DNA of 64,000 bases, from NCBI GenBank assembly GCA_963664705.1, contig OY761556.1:5440001-5504000 (forward strand), written 5' to 3'. This stretch comes from Acidobacteriota bacterium. GTDB taxonomy: Bacteria; Acidobacteriota; UBA6911. Positions 19,125 to 28,523 of this stretch are shown one piece after another. A model generated the notes under the pieces. The model searched no databases and was not told the origin of the DNA. It worked only from the letters and a program-made list of their open reading frames with translations. A program made the position numbers and the translations under genes. How positions within the stretch are numbered: the stretch's first letter is position 1; each line of letters opens with the position of its first letter.

Positions 19125-20099
19125 TCAAACGGGAATGCGGGATTCACAGGGGACTCCCGTTTGACAGAATCCGCAGCCATACCCCTTCAGGCCCAATTCC
19201 TTTGCCGCATATTCCGCAGTTGCATTGCATTGTTTGGAGCATGCCATTTTATTGTGACCGGATGTCTTGGTGACAGCGCCAGCCGGACAACGACTCGTGC
19301 ACATGCCGCAAGTCCCCTTGGCAAAATGAAGGCAATAGGCATGATGATCCTGATAGGGACGCGGTGTCGCCGTCACTTTTATTTTTGCCACAACAGAGCC
19401 GACGCGGATTGCCTTGCCTTTTGGCGTTATTAATCCATCGCAGAGTCCGAATGTGCCAAGTCCCGCGGCATAGGCTGCATGACGTTCAGACCAGGACGAT
19501 GCCATCCCGTATTTTTCGGAATTCCCCATTTTGTAGCTCTTGGAGAGAACCGGAGCCACGGCTGCATAACCTGCTTTTGTCAGCGTGTCCGCGACATATT
19601 TGCGCAGTTCTTCGTTGAACTCCTCCCCATAGATTCGGGCGCGGATCCACTTTTCGGAAGGAGTAGTCGTTTGCTTCCGGAGATCTGCCTTGATTGATTC
19701 CGTGTGTGGCAAAACCCACGCTATCACCGATAGCTCTTCGGGTTTTGCCGCAATATCCGGAAAGGACTGGCTAAAGGCCTCCAGCGGCGAATGGTGGAAA
19801 GGACCGATGTTATCTTTGTCTTTGTAGAGCTGGAATATGGAGTCATCCCCTCGCGAGAAGCCAACCAGCGGCTCGGCCCAGGCTTTCTCATTTTCCTGAT
19901 TTCGGATGGAATTTGACGGGGATTTCGCAACGTAATCGCTAATCAACGACGTAATCCACGCGACAGGATCACCCTTTGGGGAAGCGTCTACCGTCAGGGC
20001 TCGCAGGTCCATTTGACCGGCAATTCCAGCCAAGCCCGCAATTGCCGCGCCCTGCGCCGAGACTTTGATAAAATCGCGCCTATCCAATTCCTTTTTCAT
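19125..20099 (-). CDS. Tat-signal QueG/reductive-dehalogenase-like Fe-S (probably cobalamin) reductase
   Basis: N-terminal DRRDFIK plus hydrophobic stretch; WSERHAAYAAGLGTFG; C..CGMCTSRCP, CSKQC, GCGFCQTGVPC; ATG after AGGAG. Confidence 0.8.
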   Translation of the reverse strand: MKKELDRRDFIKVSAQGAAIAGLAGIAGQMDLRALTVDASPKGDPVAWITSLISDYVAKSPSNSIRNQENEKAWAEPLVGFSRGDDSIFQLYKDKDNIGPFHHSPLEAFSQSFPDIAAKPEELSVIAWVLPHTESIKADLRKQTTTPSEKWIRARIYGEEFNEELRKYVADTLTKAGYAAVAPVLSKSYKMGNSEKYGMASSWSERHAAYAAGLGTFGLCDGLITPKGKAIRVGSVVAKIKVTATPRPYQDHHAYCLHFAKGTCGMCTSRCPAGAVTKTSGHNKMACSKQCNATAEYAAKELGLKGYGCGFCQTGVPCESRIPV

Positions 20100-20223
20100 G
20101 ATTGGGCTCCTTGTTCGGGAATGATCGGTTGTCATCTGATCTCAAAATGAACGATTCCCCCCGCAAAGCAGGTTAACGAGCGGGACGTCCCCGATTCTCG
20201 CACAAATGTGGTATTTTCACTAG

Positions 20224-21492
20224 ATGCAGTTTTTACGCGTGCTACTGGTCAACCCGCCCATTTTCGATTTTACCGCATACGATTTCTGGCTGCGTCCCTA
20301 CGGTATGCTTCGCGTTGCCGGTCGGATGCAGCATTCCTGCGAGCTTTTGTTTTTCGACTTTCTGACTTCAAGGAAAAGGGATCAATGGGGGCGCGGCCGT
20401 TTTGAATGCACGGATATCCCAAGGCCGCATTGTTTCAACGATATACCAAGGAAATTTCACAGGTTCGGGAGGCCTCGCGAGGAGTTTCGCGCCTTCCTGA
20501 AGGCGTGCACTTTGGATGCAGTTTTGATCCAGACCGGGATGACGTACTGGTATCTTGGAGTTCAGGAAGTTATCGAGGATGTGCGTGAGCTGCACCCGCA
20601 GGCCAGGATAATCATCGGTGGAGTCTATGCCACTCTCTGTCCCCAACATGCTCAATCGCTGGGCCCCGATTGTGTGATTGAAGGTGCAAACCTGAAGCCC
20701 CTTTGGGATCTTCTCTCCATCGAACCGGCCGGGAGAATACCGTACTGGCCGGACGATTCCAGCGGCGTGGGAGTTATGAAAATCTCTGAAGGGTGCCCAT
20801 TTCGTTGTACCTACTGTTCAGCTCCGCTCTTCTGGCTGGAATTCCTTCCACGGCCAACTCGCGATTGTCATGAAGAAGTGGATCAACTGATAAAAAGGGG
20901 CGTAAGGAATATTGCATTCTATGATGATGCATTGCTGTTTCGCTCAGAGCAGGTGCTTGAACCATTTCTCGAAGGCTTGGAACAATCCGGCATTATTGCT
21001 GCTTTCCACACGCCCAATGCCTTGAACGCACGCTTTATCACTTCGGAATTAGCGCGCAGGATGGTTCGGGCGGGATTCGCAAGTTTCTTTCTCGGGTTGG
21101 AGAGCCGTGTGGAATCATGGCAGCATTCGACCGGGGGGAAGGTGGATTCCTCGGAATTTGCAGCAGCGGCGACATACCTGAGGGAATCAGGCGCACAATC
21201 GATTGGGACCTATATCCTGGTGGGCCATTCTGATTCGGAAGGACAGGATTTGGAATCCTCTATTCGCTTTGCACACCAATGCGGGACAAAAGTCCTTCTG
21301 TCCGAATTTTCCCCTGTGCCTGGAACCGTGGATGGCGAGAAATGCCGACCATGGGCGGATTTATCGGAGCCTCTTTCCCACAACAAGACGGCGTTTGCTA
21401 TCCGTCGACTGGGCGCTGATCGCATCAATTACCTTAAACAACTTGCTCATTCCCTGAACAGAATTCCTGCTGGAAGTCCCAGCCTTCGCTAA
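20224..21492 (+). CDS. B12-binding-domain radical SAM protein
   Basis: LLVNPPIFDF..PYG, IIGGVYATL, GCPFRCTYC, FYDDALL, HTPNAL, LGLES. Confidence 0.9.
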   Translation: MQFLRVLLVNPPIFDFTAYDFWLRPYGMLRVAGRMQHSCELLFFDFLTSRKRDQWGRGRFECTDIPRPHCFNDIPRKFHRFGRPREEFRAFLKACTLDAVLIQTGMTYWYLGVQEVIEDVRELHPQARIIIGGVYATLCPQHAQSLGPDCVIEGANLKPLWDLLSIEPAGRIPYWPDDSSGVGVMKISEGCPFRCTYCSAPLFWLEFLPRPTRDCHEEVDQLIKRGVRNIAFYDDALLFRSEQVLEPFLEGLEQSGIIAAFHTPNALNARFITSELARRMVRAGFASFFLGLESRVESWQHSTGGKVDSSEFAAAATYLRESGAQSIGTYILVGHSDSEGQDLESSIRFAHQCGTKVLLSEFSPVPGTVDGEKCRPWADLSEPLSHNKTAFAIRRLGADRINYLKQLAHSLNRIPAGSPSLR

Positions 21493-21528
21493 AGCCTCGG
21501 CTAGCATGGCAGCGCCGCCGGGGCGGCT

Positions 21529-22527
21529 AATGCCGCATATCATTTGCCCGAGGAAGCTGGAGGCGCGATGCATCTCAGCCCCAGCGGGGCGGCCAGAACG
21601 TAGCCGGGGGTGAAGCGCAGCGAACCCCCGGATTGGATTAGTCATGTAACAAGCCCTGACGGGGCGGCAGAATGCTGACTTTCGCCCCTAGCCGGGGCTC
21701 TCTCTCCCGCCTATCGCTACCGGGGGTTCGCTGCGCTTCACCCCCGGCTACGATCTTTCGGCCCTCCGGGCCAGTTGCTTCACTCGCGTCGCGGGGCCTA
21801 GAACCAATGGCAGGTGACATTGGAAGGGATGCCCAATGCCGCATGTTATTTGCCCGAGGAAGCTGGAGGCGCGATGCATCTCAGCCCCAGTATTTGCTCG
21901 AGGAAGCGGGAAGCACGATGCTTCCCAGCCCCAGGGGGGCGGCCAGAACATAGCCGGAGGTGAGCGCTTTTTGCGAACCCCCGGATTGGATTAGTCATGT
22001 AACAAGCCCTGACGGGGCGGCAGAATGCTGACTTTCGCCCCTAGCCGGGGCTCTCTCTCCCGCCTATCGCTACCGGGGGTTCGCTGCGCTTCACCCCCGG
22101 CTACGATCTTTTGGCCCTCCGGGCCAGTTGCTTCACTCGCGTCGCGGGGCCTAGAACCAATGGCAGGTGACATTGGAAGGGATGCCCAATGCCGCATGTT
22201 ATTTGCCCGAGGAAGCTGGAGGCGCGATGCATCTCAGCCCCAGTATTTGCTCGAGGAAGCGGGAAGCACGATGCTTCCCAGCCCCAGGGGGGCGGCCAGA
22301 ACATAGCCGGAGGTGAGCGCTTTTTGCGAACCCCCGGATTGGATTAGTCATGTAACAAGCCCTGACGGGGCGGCAGAATGCTGACTTTCGCCCCTAGCCG
22401 GGGCTCTCTCTCCCGCTTATCGCTACCGGGGGTTCGCTGCGCTTCACTCCCGGCTGCGATCTTTCGGCCCTCCGGGCCTGTTGCTTCACTCGCGTCGCGG
22501 GGCCCAGCGCAAAAAATATGCAGCATT
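21529..22527. repeat. Tandem array of about three 353-bp units, each with an inverted REP-like pair (REPIN/BIME-like)
   Basis: GGATTAGTCATGTAACAAGCCCTGACGGGGCGGCAGA recurs at 353-bp spacing; first unit has an exact 32-bp inverted repeat (21600-21631 / 21720-21751) beginning GTAG. Confidence 0.9.
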
Positions 22528-22565
22528 GCCGGGATGGCGGTGTTCCCGGTCGCGGCCAAGCTTCG

Positions 22566-23015
22566 TTAGCGGTATTTCTTTTCCAGTTGCTGGACTTTGC
22601 CCAGGCGCCGGAGGTGTCGTTCCTCACCGGAGAATGTTGCTTTGAGGAAAACCGCGCTGAGATCGCGTGCCAGTTCTGAGCCGATCACCCTGGCTCCAAG
22701 AACCAGGACATTCATGTCATCGTGTTCGACACCCTGATGTGCTGAATAGCAGTCGTGGCAGACTCCGGCTCGGATTCCCGGAATTTTATTTATGGCAATA
22801 GACGCTCCTACCCCGCTGCCACAGATCATAATTCCTCTTTCAGCCTGCTTATTCAGAACGGCAAGCGCCAGTGCTTCCGCATAGTCCGGGTAATCGGATG
22901 GTGCGGTGCTGTGGGTTCCGACGTCGATTATTTCATGTCCCAAACCCTCGACGTATTTGCATATTTCCTGCTTCAAATCAAAACCGGCGTGATCGGAACC
23001 AAATGCTACGCGCAT
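22566..23015 (-). CDS. rpiB: Ribose-5-phosphate isomerase B
   Basis: GSDHAG, DYPD, ICGSGVGASIAINKIPGIRA, EHDDMNVLVLGARVIG, RHLRRL. Confidence 0.96.
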   Translation of the reverse strand: MRVAFGSDHAGFDLKQEICKYVEGLGHEIIDVGTHSTAPSDYPDYAEALALAVLNKQAERGIMICGSGVGASIAINKIPGIRAGVCHDCYSAHQGVEHDDMNVLVLGARVIGSELARDLSAVFLKATFSGEERHLRRLGKVQQLEKKYR

Positions 23016-23278
23016 ATCATCTCTCCTCCGCCTCATTATAATGATTTCTCCCCGGAATCTCGAACTCCGAAGTTTGCGCGCTGTGATATTTCCCCTTTTT
23101 TAGCCAGATCTGCTGCCGGAACAAGCCCCTGTGCTTCCGCGGATCTCAATTTTTTTTGCGACGGATGTATTTCCGTGTTCTCAGTATGCTACATTTTGCG
23201 TTTCAACCAGGTCGGCCTTGATCATTTCCGGGACCATCTCTGTCAATTGGGAACATCTTTTATAAGTGGAGCTGCAGC

Positions 23279-25366
23279 ATGAACGAGAAATCGCCGAACA
23301 CCAGCCAGACACCAGTCTTGGATCAGCTTTGCATAAACACCATCCGGTTCCTGTCTATCGACGCCGTGCAGAAGGCGAACAGCGGACATCCCGGGATGCC
23401 GATGGGCGCTGCTCCGATGGCTTATGTGCTTTGGATGCGGTATCTCAAGCACAATCCAGCCAATCCCGCCTGGTGGAACCGCGACCGGTTCCTGCTCTCC
23501 GCCGGACATGGATCCATGCTGCTATACAGCCTGCTGCACTTGACCGGCTATGATCTGCCTCTTTCCCAGCTCCAGCAGTTTCGGCAATGGGGCAGCCGCA
23601 CGCCGGGGCACCCGGAGCGCGGTTTTACGCCAGGAGTGGAAACGACAACGGGACCGTTGGGTCAAGGCTTCGCGAATGGAGTTGGAATGGCTATTGCGGA
23701 AGCGCATCTGGCTGCCCGATTCAATCGGCCCGGTCACGAAATCGTAAACCATCACACCTATGCTCTTGTTGGCGATGGCGATTTGATGGAGGGGATCTCT
23801 GCCGAAGCAGCATCCCTTGCGGGGCATCTGAAGCTTGGGAAGCTGATTTACCTGTATGACGATAATCGCATCTGCCTGGCCGGATCGACAGACATTTCGT
23901 TCAGCGAAGACCGGGCAAAACGCTTTGAGTCCTACGGATGGCATACGGTCATTGTGGAAGATGGAAATAATATCGATTTGATTGATCGCGCAATAGCGGA
24001 AGCACAAGCCGAGACGGCACGTCCCTCACTCATCCTTGTCCGGACGCATATTGGCTTTGGCTCGCCCCATAAGCAGGATTCATTTGAATCCCATGGATCG
24101 CCGCTGGGAGCCGACGAGGTGAAGGCAACCAAGCAGAACCTCGGTTGGCCGCTGGATCCGACCTTCTATGTTCCGGAAGAAGCGCTGGCCGGCTTCCGGC
24201 GCGCTCAGGACATCGGGAGTAAAGCCGAATCGGATTGGAGCGCGATGCTGTCGGAATACTCCAGGCAATATCCGGAACTTGCACAGGAGTTGCAGCGAAT
24301 AGTGAAGGGAGAATTGCCGGCTGATTGGGCTGCGGCCATTCCGTCGTTCCCTGCAGATGCCAAAGGGATGGCTACGCGCGCGGCTTCCGGCAAGATTATC
24401 AATGCCGTTGGAACCAGGATTTCCAATCTCATAGGAGGATCTGCGGATCTGAATCCATCGACTCAGACCGTCATCAAGGGTGCGGGCGATTTTCAGAATC
24501 CCGCCTCTGATTCCCAGAATATTCAGGGGAAAAGCGGCGGTGCGTGGGCGTATGACGGCCGGAATGTTCACTTCGGCGTTCGCGAACATGCCATGGGGTC
24601 GATTGCAAACGGTATGGCAGCCCATGGCGGAATTATTCCCTATGCATCGACCTTTTTCGTATTCTCCGACTATATGCGGCCTCCCATGCGGTTGGCTTCG
24701 CTCATGGACCTAGGTGTTATCTATATCTACACCCATGACAGCATAGGCGTCGGCGAAGATGGGCCGACGCATCAGCCGATTGAGCAATTGGCGGCTTTGC
24801 GGGCAATACCGGGCCTGATCGCGATCCGGCCGTGTGATGCCAATGAAACGGCCGTAGCATGGAGCCTTGCCATTGAAAATCGTAACAAGCCTGTTGCACT
24901 CGTGCTGACCCGGCAAGATCTGCCGATTCTGGATCGCACACAGTATGGATCCCCGGAAGGTGTTCGGCAGGGTGCTTATGTGCTTGCGGATACGCCCGGC
25001 AGGAAACCGGAACTTGTTTTGATCGGGACCGGATCCGAAGTGGCGCTCATTGTAGCGGCTCAAAAAGAGCTGGCGCAGAAGGGCGTCGCGGTTCGCACCG
25101 TGTCGATGCCCAGTTGGGAACTATTTGAGGCTCAGCCGCAGGACTATAAAAACCAGGTTTTGCCGCCCGATATCCCAGCGCGGCTTGCCGTGGAAGCCGG
25201 CATATCGCAGGGCTGGTGCAGGTATATCGGGGACAAAGGGGCCACCATCACTATCGATCACTTTGGCGCCTCCGCCCCCGCGAAGGTAATTTTTGAAAAG
25301 TTCGGTTTTACCGTGGATAACGTTGTTTCAAAGGCCCTGCAAGTCCTGGAATCTTCAAGGAAATAG
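23279..25366 (+). CDS. tkt: Transketolase
   Basis: [54 protein letters not shown]. Confidence 0.98.
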   Translation: MNEKSPNTSQTPVLDQLCINTIRFLSIDAVQKANSGHPGMPMGAAPMAYVLWMRYLKHNPANPAWWNRDRFLLSAGHGSMLLYSLLHLTGYDLPLSQLQQFRQWGSRTPGHPERGFTPGVETTTGPLGQGFANGVGMAIAEAHLAARFNRPGHEIVNHHTYALVGDGDLMEGISAEAASLAGHLKLGKLIYLYDDNRICLAGSTDISFSEDRAKRFESYGWHTVIVEDGNNIDLIDRAIAEAQAETARPSLILVRTHIGFGSPHKQDSFESHGSPLGADEVKATKQNLGWPLDPTFYVPEEALAGFRRAQDIGSKAESDWSAMLSEYSRQYPELAQELQRIVKGELPADWAAAIPSFPADAKGMATRAASGKIINAVGTRISNLIGGSADLNPSTQTVIKGAGDFQNPASDSQNIQGKSGGAWAYDGRNVHFGVREHAMGSIANGMAAHGGIIPYASTFFVFSDYMRPPMRLASLMDLGVIYIYTHDSIGVGEDGPTHQPIEQLAALRAIPGLIAIRPCDANETAVAWSLAIENRNKPVALVLTRQDLPILDRTQYGSPEGVRQGAYVLADTPGRKPELVLIGTGSEVALIVAAQKELAQKGVAVRTVSMPSWELFEAQPQDYKNQVLPPDIPARLAVEAGISQGWCRYIGDKGATITIDHFGASAPAKVIFEKFGFTVDNVVSKALQVLESSRK

Positions 25367-25372
25367 CGAAAA

Positions 25373-26929
25373 CTATTTCACGGGACCGGGCATGGAATCC
25401 GGCCCAAATCGGGGCAGCATCTCCTCCCGCATTGCCAGGTGATAGGCGAGAGATGCGACGACAATGACGCATTGCCGGAGGTCTCCTTCCAAAACGCGTT
25501 CATAAGTATCCAGGTTTGTGTGCCAGGTGTGGGTCGAGTATTCAATCGGATCCTGCGACAGATTGACTCCCGGCAGCCCAGCCCAGTTGAACGAGGTGCT
25601 GTCCGTTCCCCCGTAATTCCGACTTTGCACGGCGGTAGCCCCCATGACTCCCAGGTCCGTGAAGGGCTGAAGCAGTTGCCGGACTGCATCGGCTGTTTCC
25701 GCAGGCCCGAAAACCGATGCCCCGCGCACGCGTCCGGTGCCTGAATCAAGATTGATATAAGCGACCAGACCGGAGTATTCAGGTTTGGGCGATTCATAGG
25801 TGCCGAAGTGATCCCGTACGTAAGCTTTGGATCCCAGCAAGCCCTGTTCTTCCCCGCTCCAAAAAGCGGCGCGAATGGTTCGCCGCGGCTTTACGCCGAT
25901 AGCTTTCAGGACGCGAACGGCTTCCATCATGACGGATACGCCCGTGGCATTGTCCGTTGCGCCCAGCCCGGCATGCCAGGAATCGATATGACCGCCCAGC
26001 AGCACCACCTGATCCTTTTTATCGCTTCCCGGGATTTCCGCCAGCGCATTCAGTGAATTCTGATCCGGATAGATCGTATTGAGGATCTCTATTTCCATTT
26101 CGATCGCATTTCCATCCGCGAGAATTCTCGACATTCGGCCGTAGTCTTCATTGCGGATGACAAGGCTCGGAACGGCTTTTGCCGCATTGTACGTTCGATT
26201 TGCGAACGCGCGGATCTGACCGTGCTCTCTTCCGGAATCGGATATTTTTACAAGGGCATGGTGGGCAACAAGAAAGGCGTCCAGCCGCTCATCCACTGCC
26301 CTGGAATCCAACAGCTTGGGCCCGTTGGCCGGTAGTTCCGACGGACGCGGCTGCGCGGGACTTTGCGGGTCATATTGCGATCGCAGCTCCGCATCTTCAC
26401 GCCGCTTGCTTGCCGCGTTGAAGGTTACCGATACCTCCGTATGAGCCCCGGCGAGGACAATGCGTTCGGCAACTTTGTCTTTGACGCTGTCCAGGTATGC
26501 AGCCAGGGTTTCCTCCGTTGGGCGATCCGGTGGCGTGATCTGCACAACCTTTGCTTTGACTATGCCTTTGGTGCCGGGAGTCCATGCGACAACACGGGCA
26601 TCCAATAAGGACCGATAGGGGGTAAGAACGCGCACAGAATACCTGTCGTTGCCCCACCCCATATGTCCAAAATCCCATGTTTCCAGATGCGGATCCTGCA
26701 AGCCCCATTGTTTCATCTGTTCCAGAGCCCAGTCGCAGGCTGCTTTCAAGTTGGGAGATCCGGTCAGACGAGGCCCGTGGACATCCGTCAGTTGATGAAT
26801 CAGGCGCATTACCTGCGAGTGATCGGTTTCTTCCTGACGAATCTTCCAGTTGACTTCCGGGTTGATCTTTTCCGCTGCAGCCAGGGCAATGCAGCAACAA
26901 AACATGAGAATAATGGCTGTTTTTTTCAT
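25373..26929 (-). CDS. Secreted M28 (carboxypeptidase Q-like) peptidase
   Basis: Signal peptide, GPRLTGS, GGHIDSW, GATDNATG, WSGEEQGLLGS, GGTD, WHTNLD. Confidence 0.9.
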   Translation of the reverse strand: MKKTAIILMFCCCIALAAAEKINPEVNWKIRQEETDHSQVMRLIHQLTDVHGPRLTGSPNLKAACDWALEQMKQWGLQDPHLETWDFGHMGWGNDRYSVRVLTPYRSLLDARVVAWTPGTKGIVKAKVVQITPPDRPTEETLAAYLDSVKDKVAERIVLAGAHTEVSVTFNAASKRREDAELRSQYDPQSPAQPRPSELPANGPKLLDSRAVDERLDAFLVAHHALVKISDSGREHGQIRAFANRTYNAAKAVPSLVIRNEDYGRMSRILADGNAIEMEIEILNTIYPDQNSLNALAEIPGSDKKDQVVLLGGHIDSWHAGLGATDNATGVSVMMEAVRVLKAIGVKPRRTIRAAFWSGEEQGLLGSKAYVRDHFGTYESPKPEYSGLVAYINLDSGTGRVRGASVFGPAETADAVRQLLQPFTDLGVMGATAVQSRNYGGTDSTSFNWAGLPGVNLSQDPIEYSTHTWHTNLDTYERVLEGDLRQCVIVVASLAYHLAMREEMLPRFGPDSMPGPVK

Positions 26930-27003
26930 AGGGCGAGCATAAAGCAAAAGAGGGAGGCTGGCTACGCAATTTCAGTCAGGGGAATAAAGGATGTTGTGCC
27001 GGA

Positions 27004-28197
27004 CTACCTGCCATTGAGTTTGGCGAGGAGTTTTTTAGCCTGAGAGTGCGAGTCTTCCACAACGGGGAGCGATAGCACAATTTGGCATTCCCTGATCGCC
27101 TCGGCAGCGTTCCATTGCCAGTCCAGTATGCGTGCAAGATAAAGATGCGATAACGTCTTTTCCCGCGGAGTGGATTGCGGATCTTGTGTTGCTTTTGTGA
27201 AGCGCTCTCGTGCCAGGTCGAGCTTGCCCATGTACAGAAACTGGAGTGCGGCATTAAAGCGAAAGCCGGCGAGAGGGATCCGGTTGAAATTCGGATCCCC
27301 ATTTTCCGCATGCTTTTCCACCTGCAGCAGCAGAGGAACCGCCTCTTCTTTGCGCCCTGCCAGATTTAAAATCTGCGCGAGATTAATGGGGAAGAGATAG
27401 CTGCGCGGGAAACGGGATGCGAGATTGCGCGCAATTCTGAGCGCCTCCGGGAGATGATTTTCCCGGACATTGAGCACCATGGAGACGAGCTCCGCCTGGT
27501 CTTTAACGTATTGCCCCTTCTCCGCCAGCGCCAGGTGGGCAAGCCCGGCCTCTTTGCTCCCATGACCACCGATTACATAAATCATCCATCGCATGTACCA
27601 CGGAATGACACCGACGGTGTACTCATAGACTCCTAAAGTCAAATACGCATCGTAATATGAGGGATCCTCCTGGGTAAGCTGCTTCGCGATCGAGTAGCAT
27701 TTATTCCCATAGCTGAACGCATCCCGGAGACTATGGTCAATGGTGATGGCGAAGGAGGCACGGAGGCCATAAACAGTTGCCATGAAATAGCGTCCGTCTT
27801 TGTCTCCGCGGTTTCTTTGAAGGATTGCCCTGCAAAGAGTCTCCGATTCCTGCAATTTTGCGAAGAAGACCGCCTTTTCCTGCGGCGGCATCACGAGCGT
27901 TGTTTTGTCGTTGAAATAGGTCGGAGCAATAAAGCGATTCAGGGAGAGGTCCTGCCGGCGCTCCATCTCCTTCATCCAGAGGATGCTGGCGAGATACAGC
28001 GGCGGTGCGGGATGTGTAGGATAGTCCTGTCCAAGAGCGTTGAAAACGTCAGCGGCCTTGTCATAGTCCATGTTGAAGATAAAGTCAAAGCCAGCTTCGG
28101 CACGCACAACGAAACGAGGATCGCGGAGGTTCTGAGCGCAAGTAAAGGGTGCTTGGAGTAAGGCTAAGATGAAGAGAAATAATAAGGTCTTTTTCAT
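27004..28197 (-). CDS. Secreted TPR-like helical-repeat protein
   Basis: Signal peptide MKKTLLFLFILALL; all-helical TPR-like segments (DAYLTLGVYEY). Confidence 0.75.
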   Translation of the reverse strand: MKKTLLFLFILALLQAPFTCAQNLRDPRFVVRAEAGFDFIFNMDYDKAADVFNALGQDYPTHPAPPLYLASILWMKEMERRQDLSLNRFIAPTYFNDKTTLVMPPQEKAVFFAKLQESETLCRAILQRNRGDKDGRYFMATVYGLRASFAITIDHSLRDAFSYGNKCYSIAKQLTQEDPSYYDAYLTLGVYEYTVGVIPWYMRWMIYVIGGHGSKEAGLAHLALAEKGQYVKDQAELVSMVLNVRENHLPEALRIARNLASRFPRSYLFPINLAQILNLAGRKEEAVPLLLQVEKHAENGDPNFNRIPLAGFRFNAALQFLYMGKLDLARERFTKATQDPQSTPREKTLSHLYLARILDWQWNAAEAIRECQIVLSLPVVEDSHSQAKKLLAKLNGR

Positions 28198-28397
28198 GGC
28201 ATCAGCGCAAATGCTTATAACACATCTCTACTCCAAATCCATATTCTGAGCCTAGGCCTTCAAAAATTTGTACCTTTATGTTCAAAAAACTGGATTATTT
28301 TGCTCTGATGAATAAACATCAGTAGACATTAATTTTCCTTTAAATTCATGTAAATAATGGATAAAATCGCCATAATGCCGATTCTGTAAATGGATTG

Positions 28398-28413
28398 GGC
28401 GTTGTTGTTGCTT
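28398..28413 (+). promoter_or_regulatory. Possible sigma54 (-24/-12) promoter for the TonB receptor gene
   Basis: GG(28398-9)-N10-GC(28410-1) in GGCGTTGTTGTTGCTT, downstream of an AT-rich tract; imperfect match. Confidence 0.25.
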
Positions 28414-28523
28414 AAGCGAGTGGTGTTTTGTTCGCAGAGGTATGGGCTTTTTATCTTCGTAATGTGTCGCGGGAGTGGCGATTGGCCGAGGTTCCCGTAG
28501 GTAAAAATTTCAGAAGGAGGAAT

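Noticed and set aside
21529-22527. CRISPR array
   Set aside because: Units are 353 bp and nearly identical throughout, with no unique spacers and no cas genes.
21638-22627. Repeated small ORFs (67-93 aa) inside the array
   Set aside because: They appear on both strands as a by-product of GC-rich palindromic repeats, lack an RBS, and differ in the third unit.
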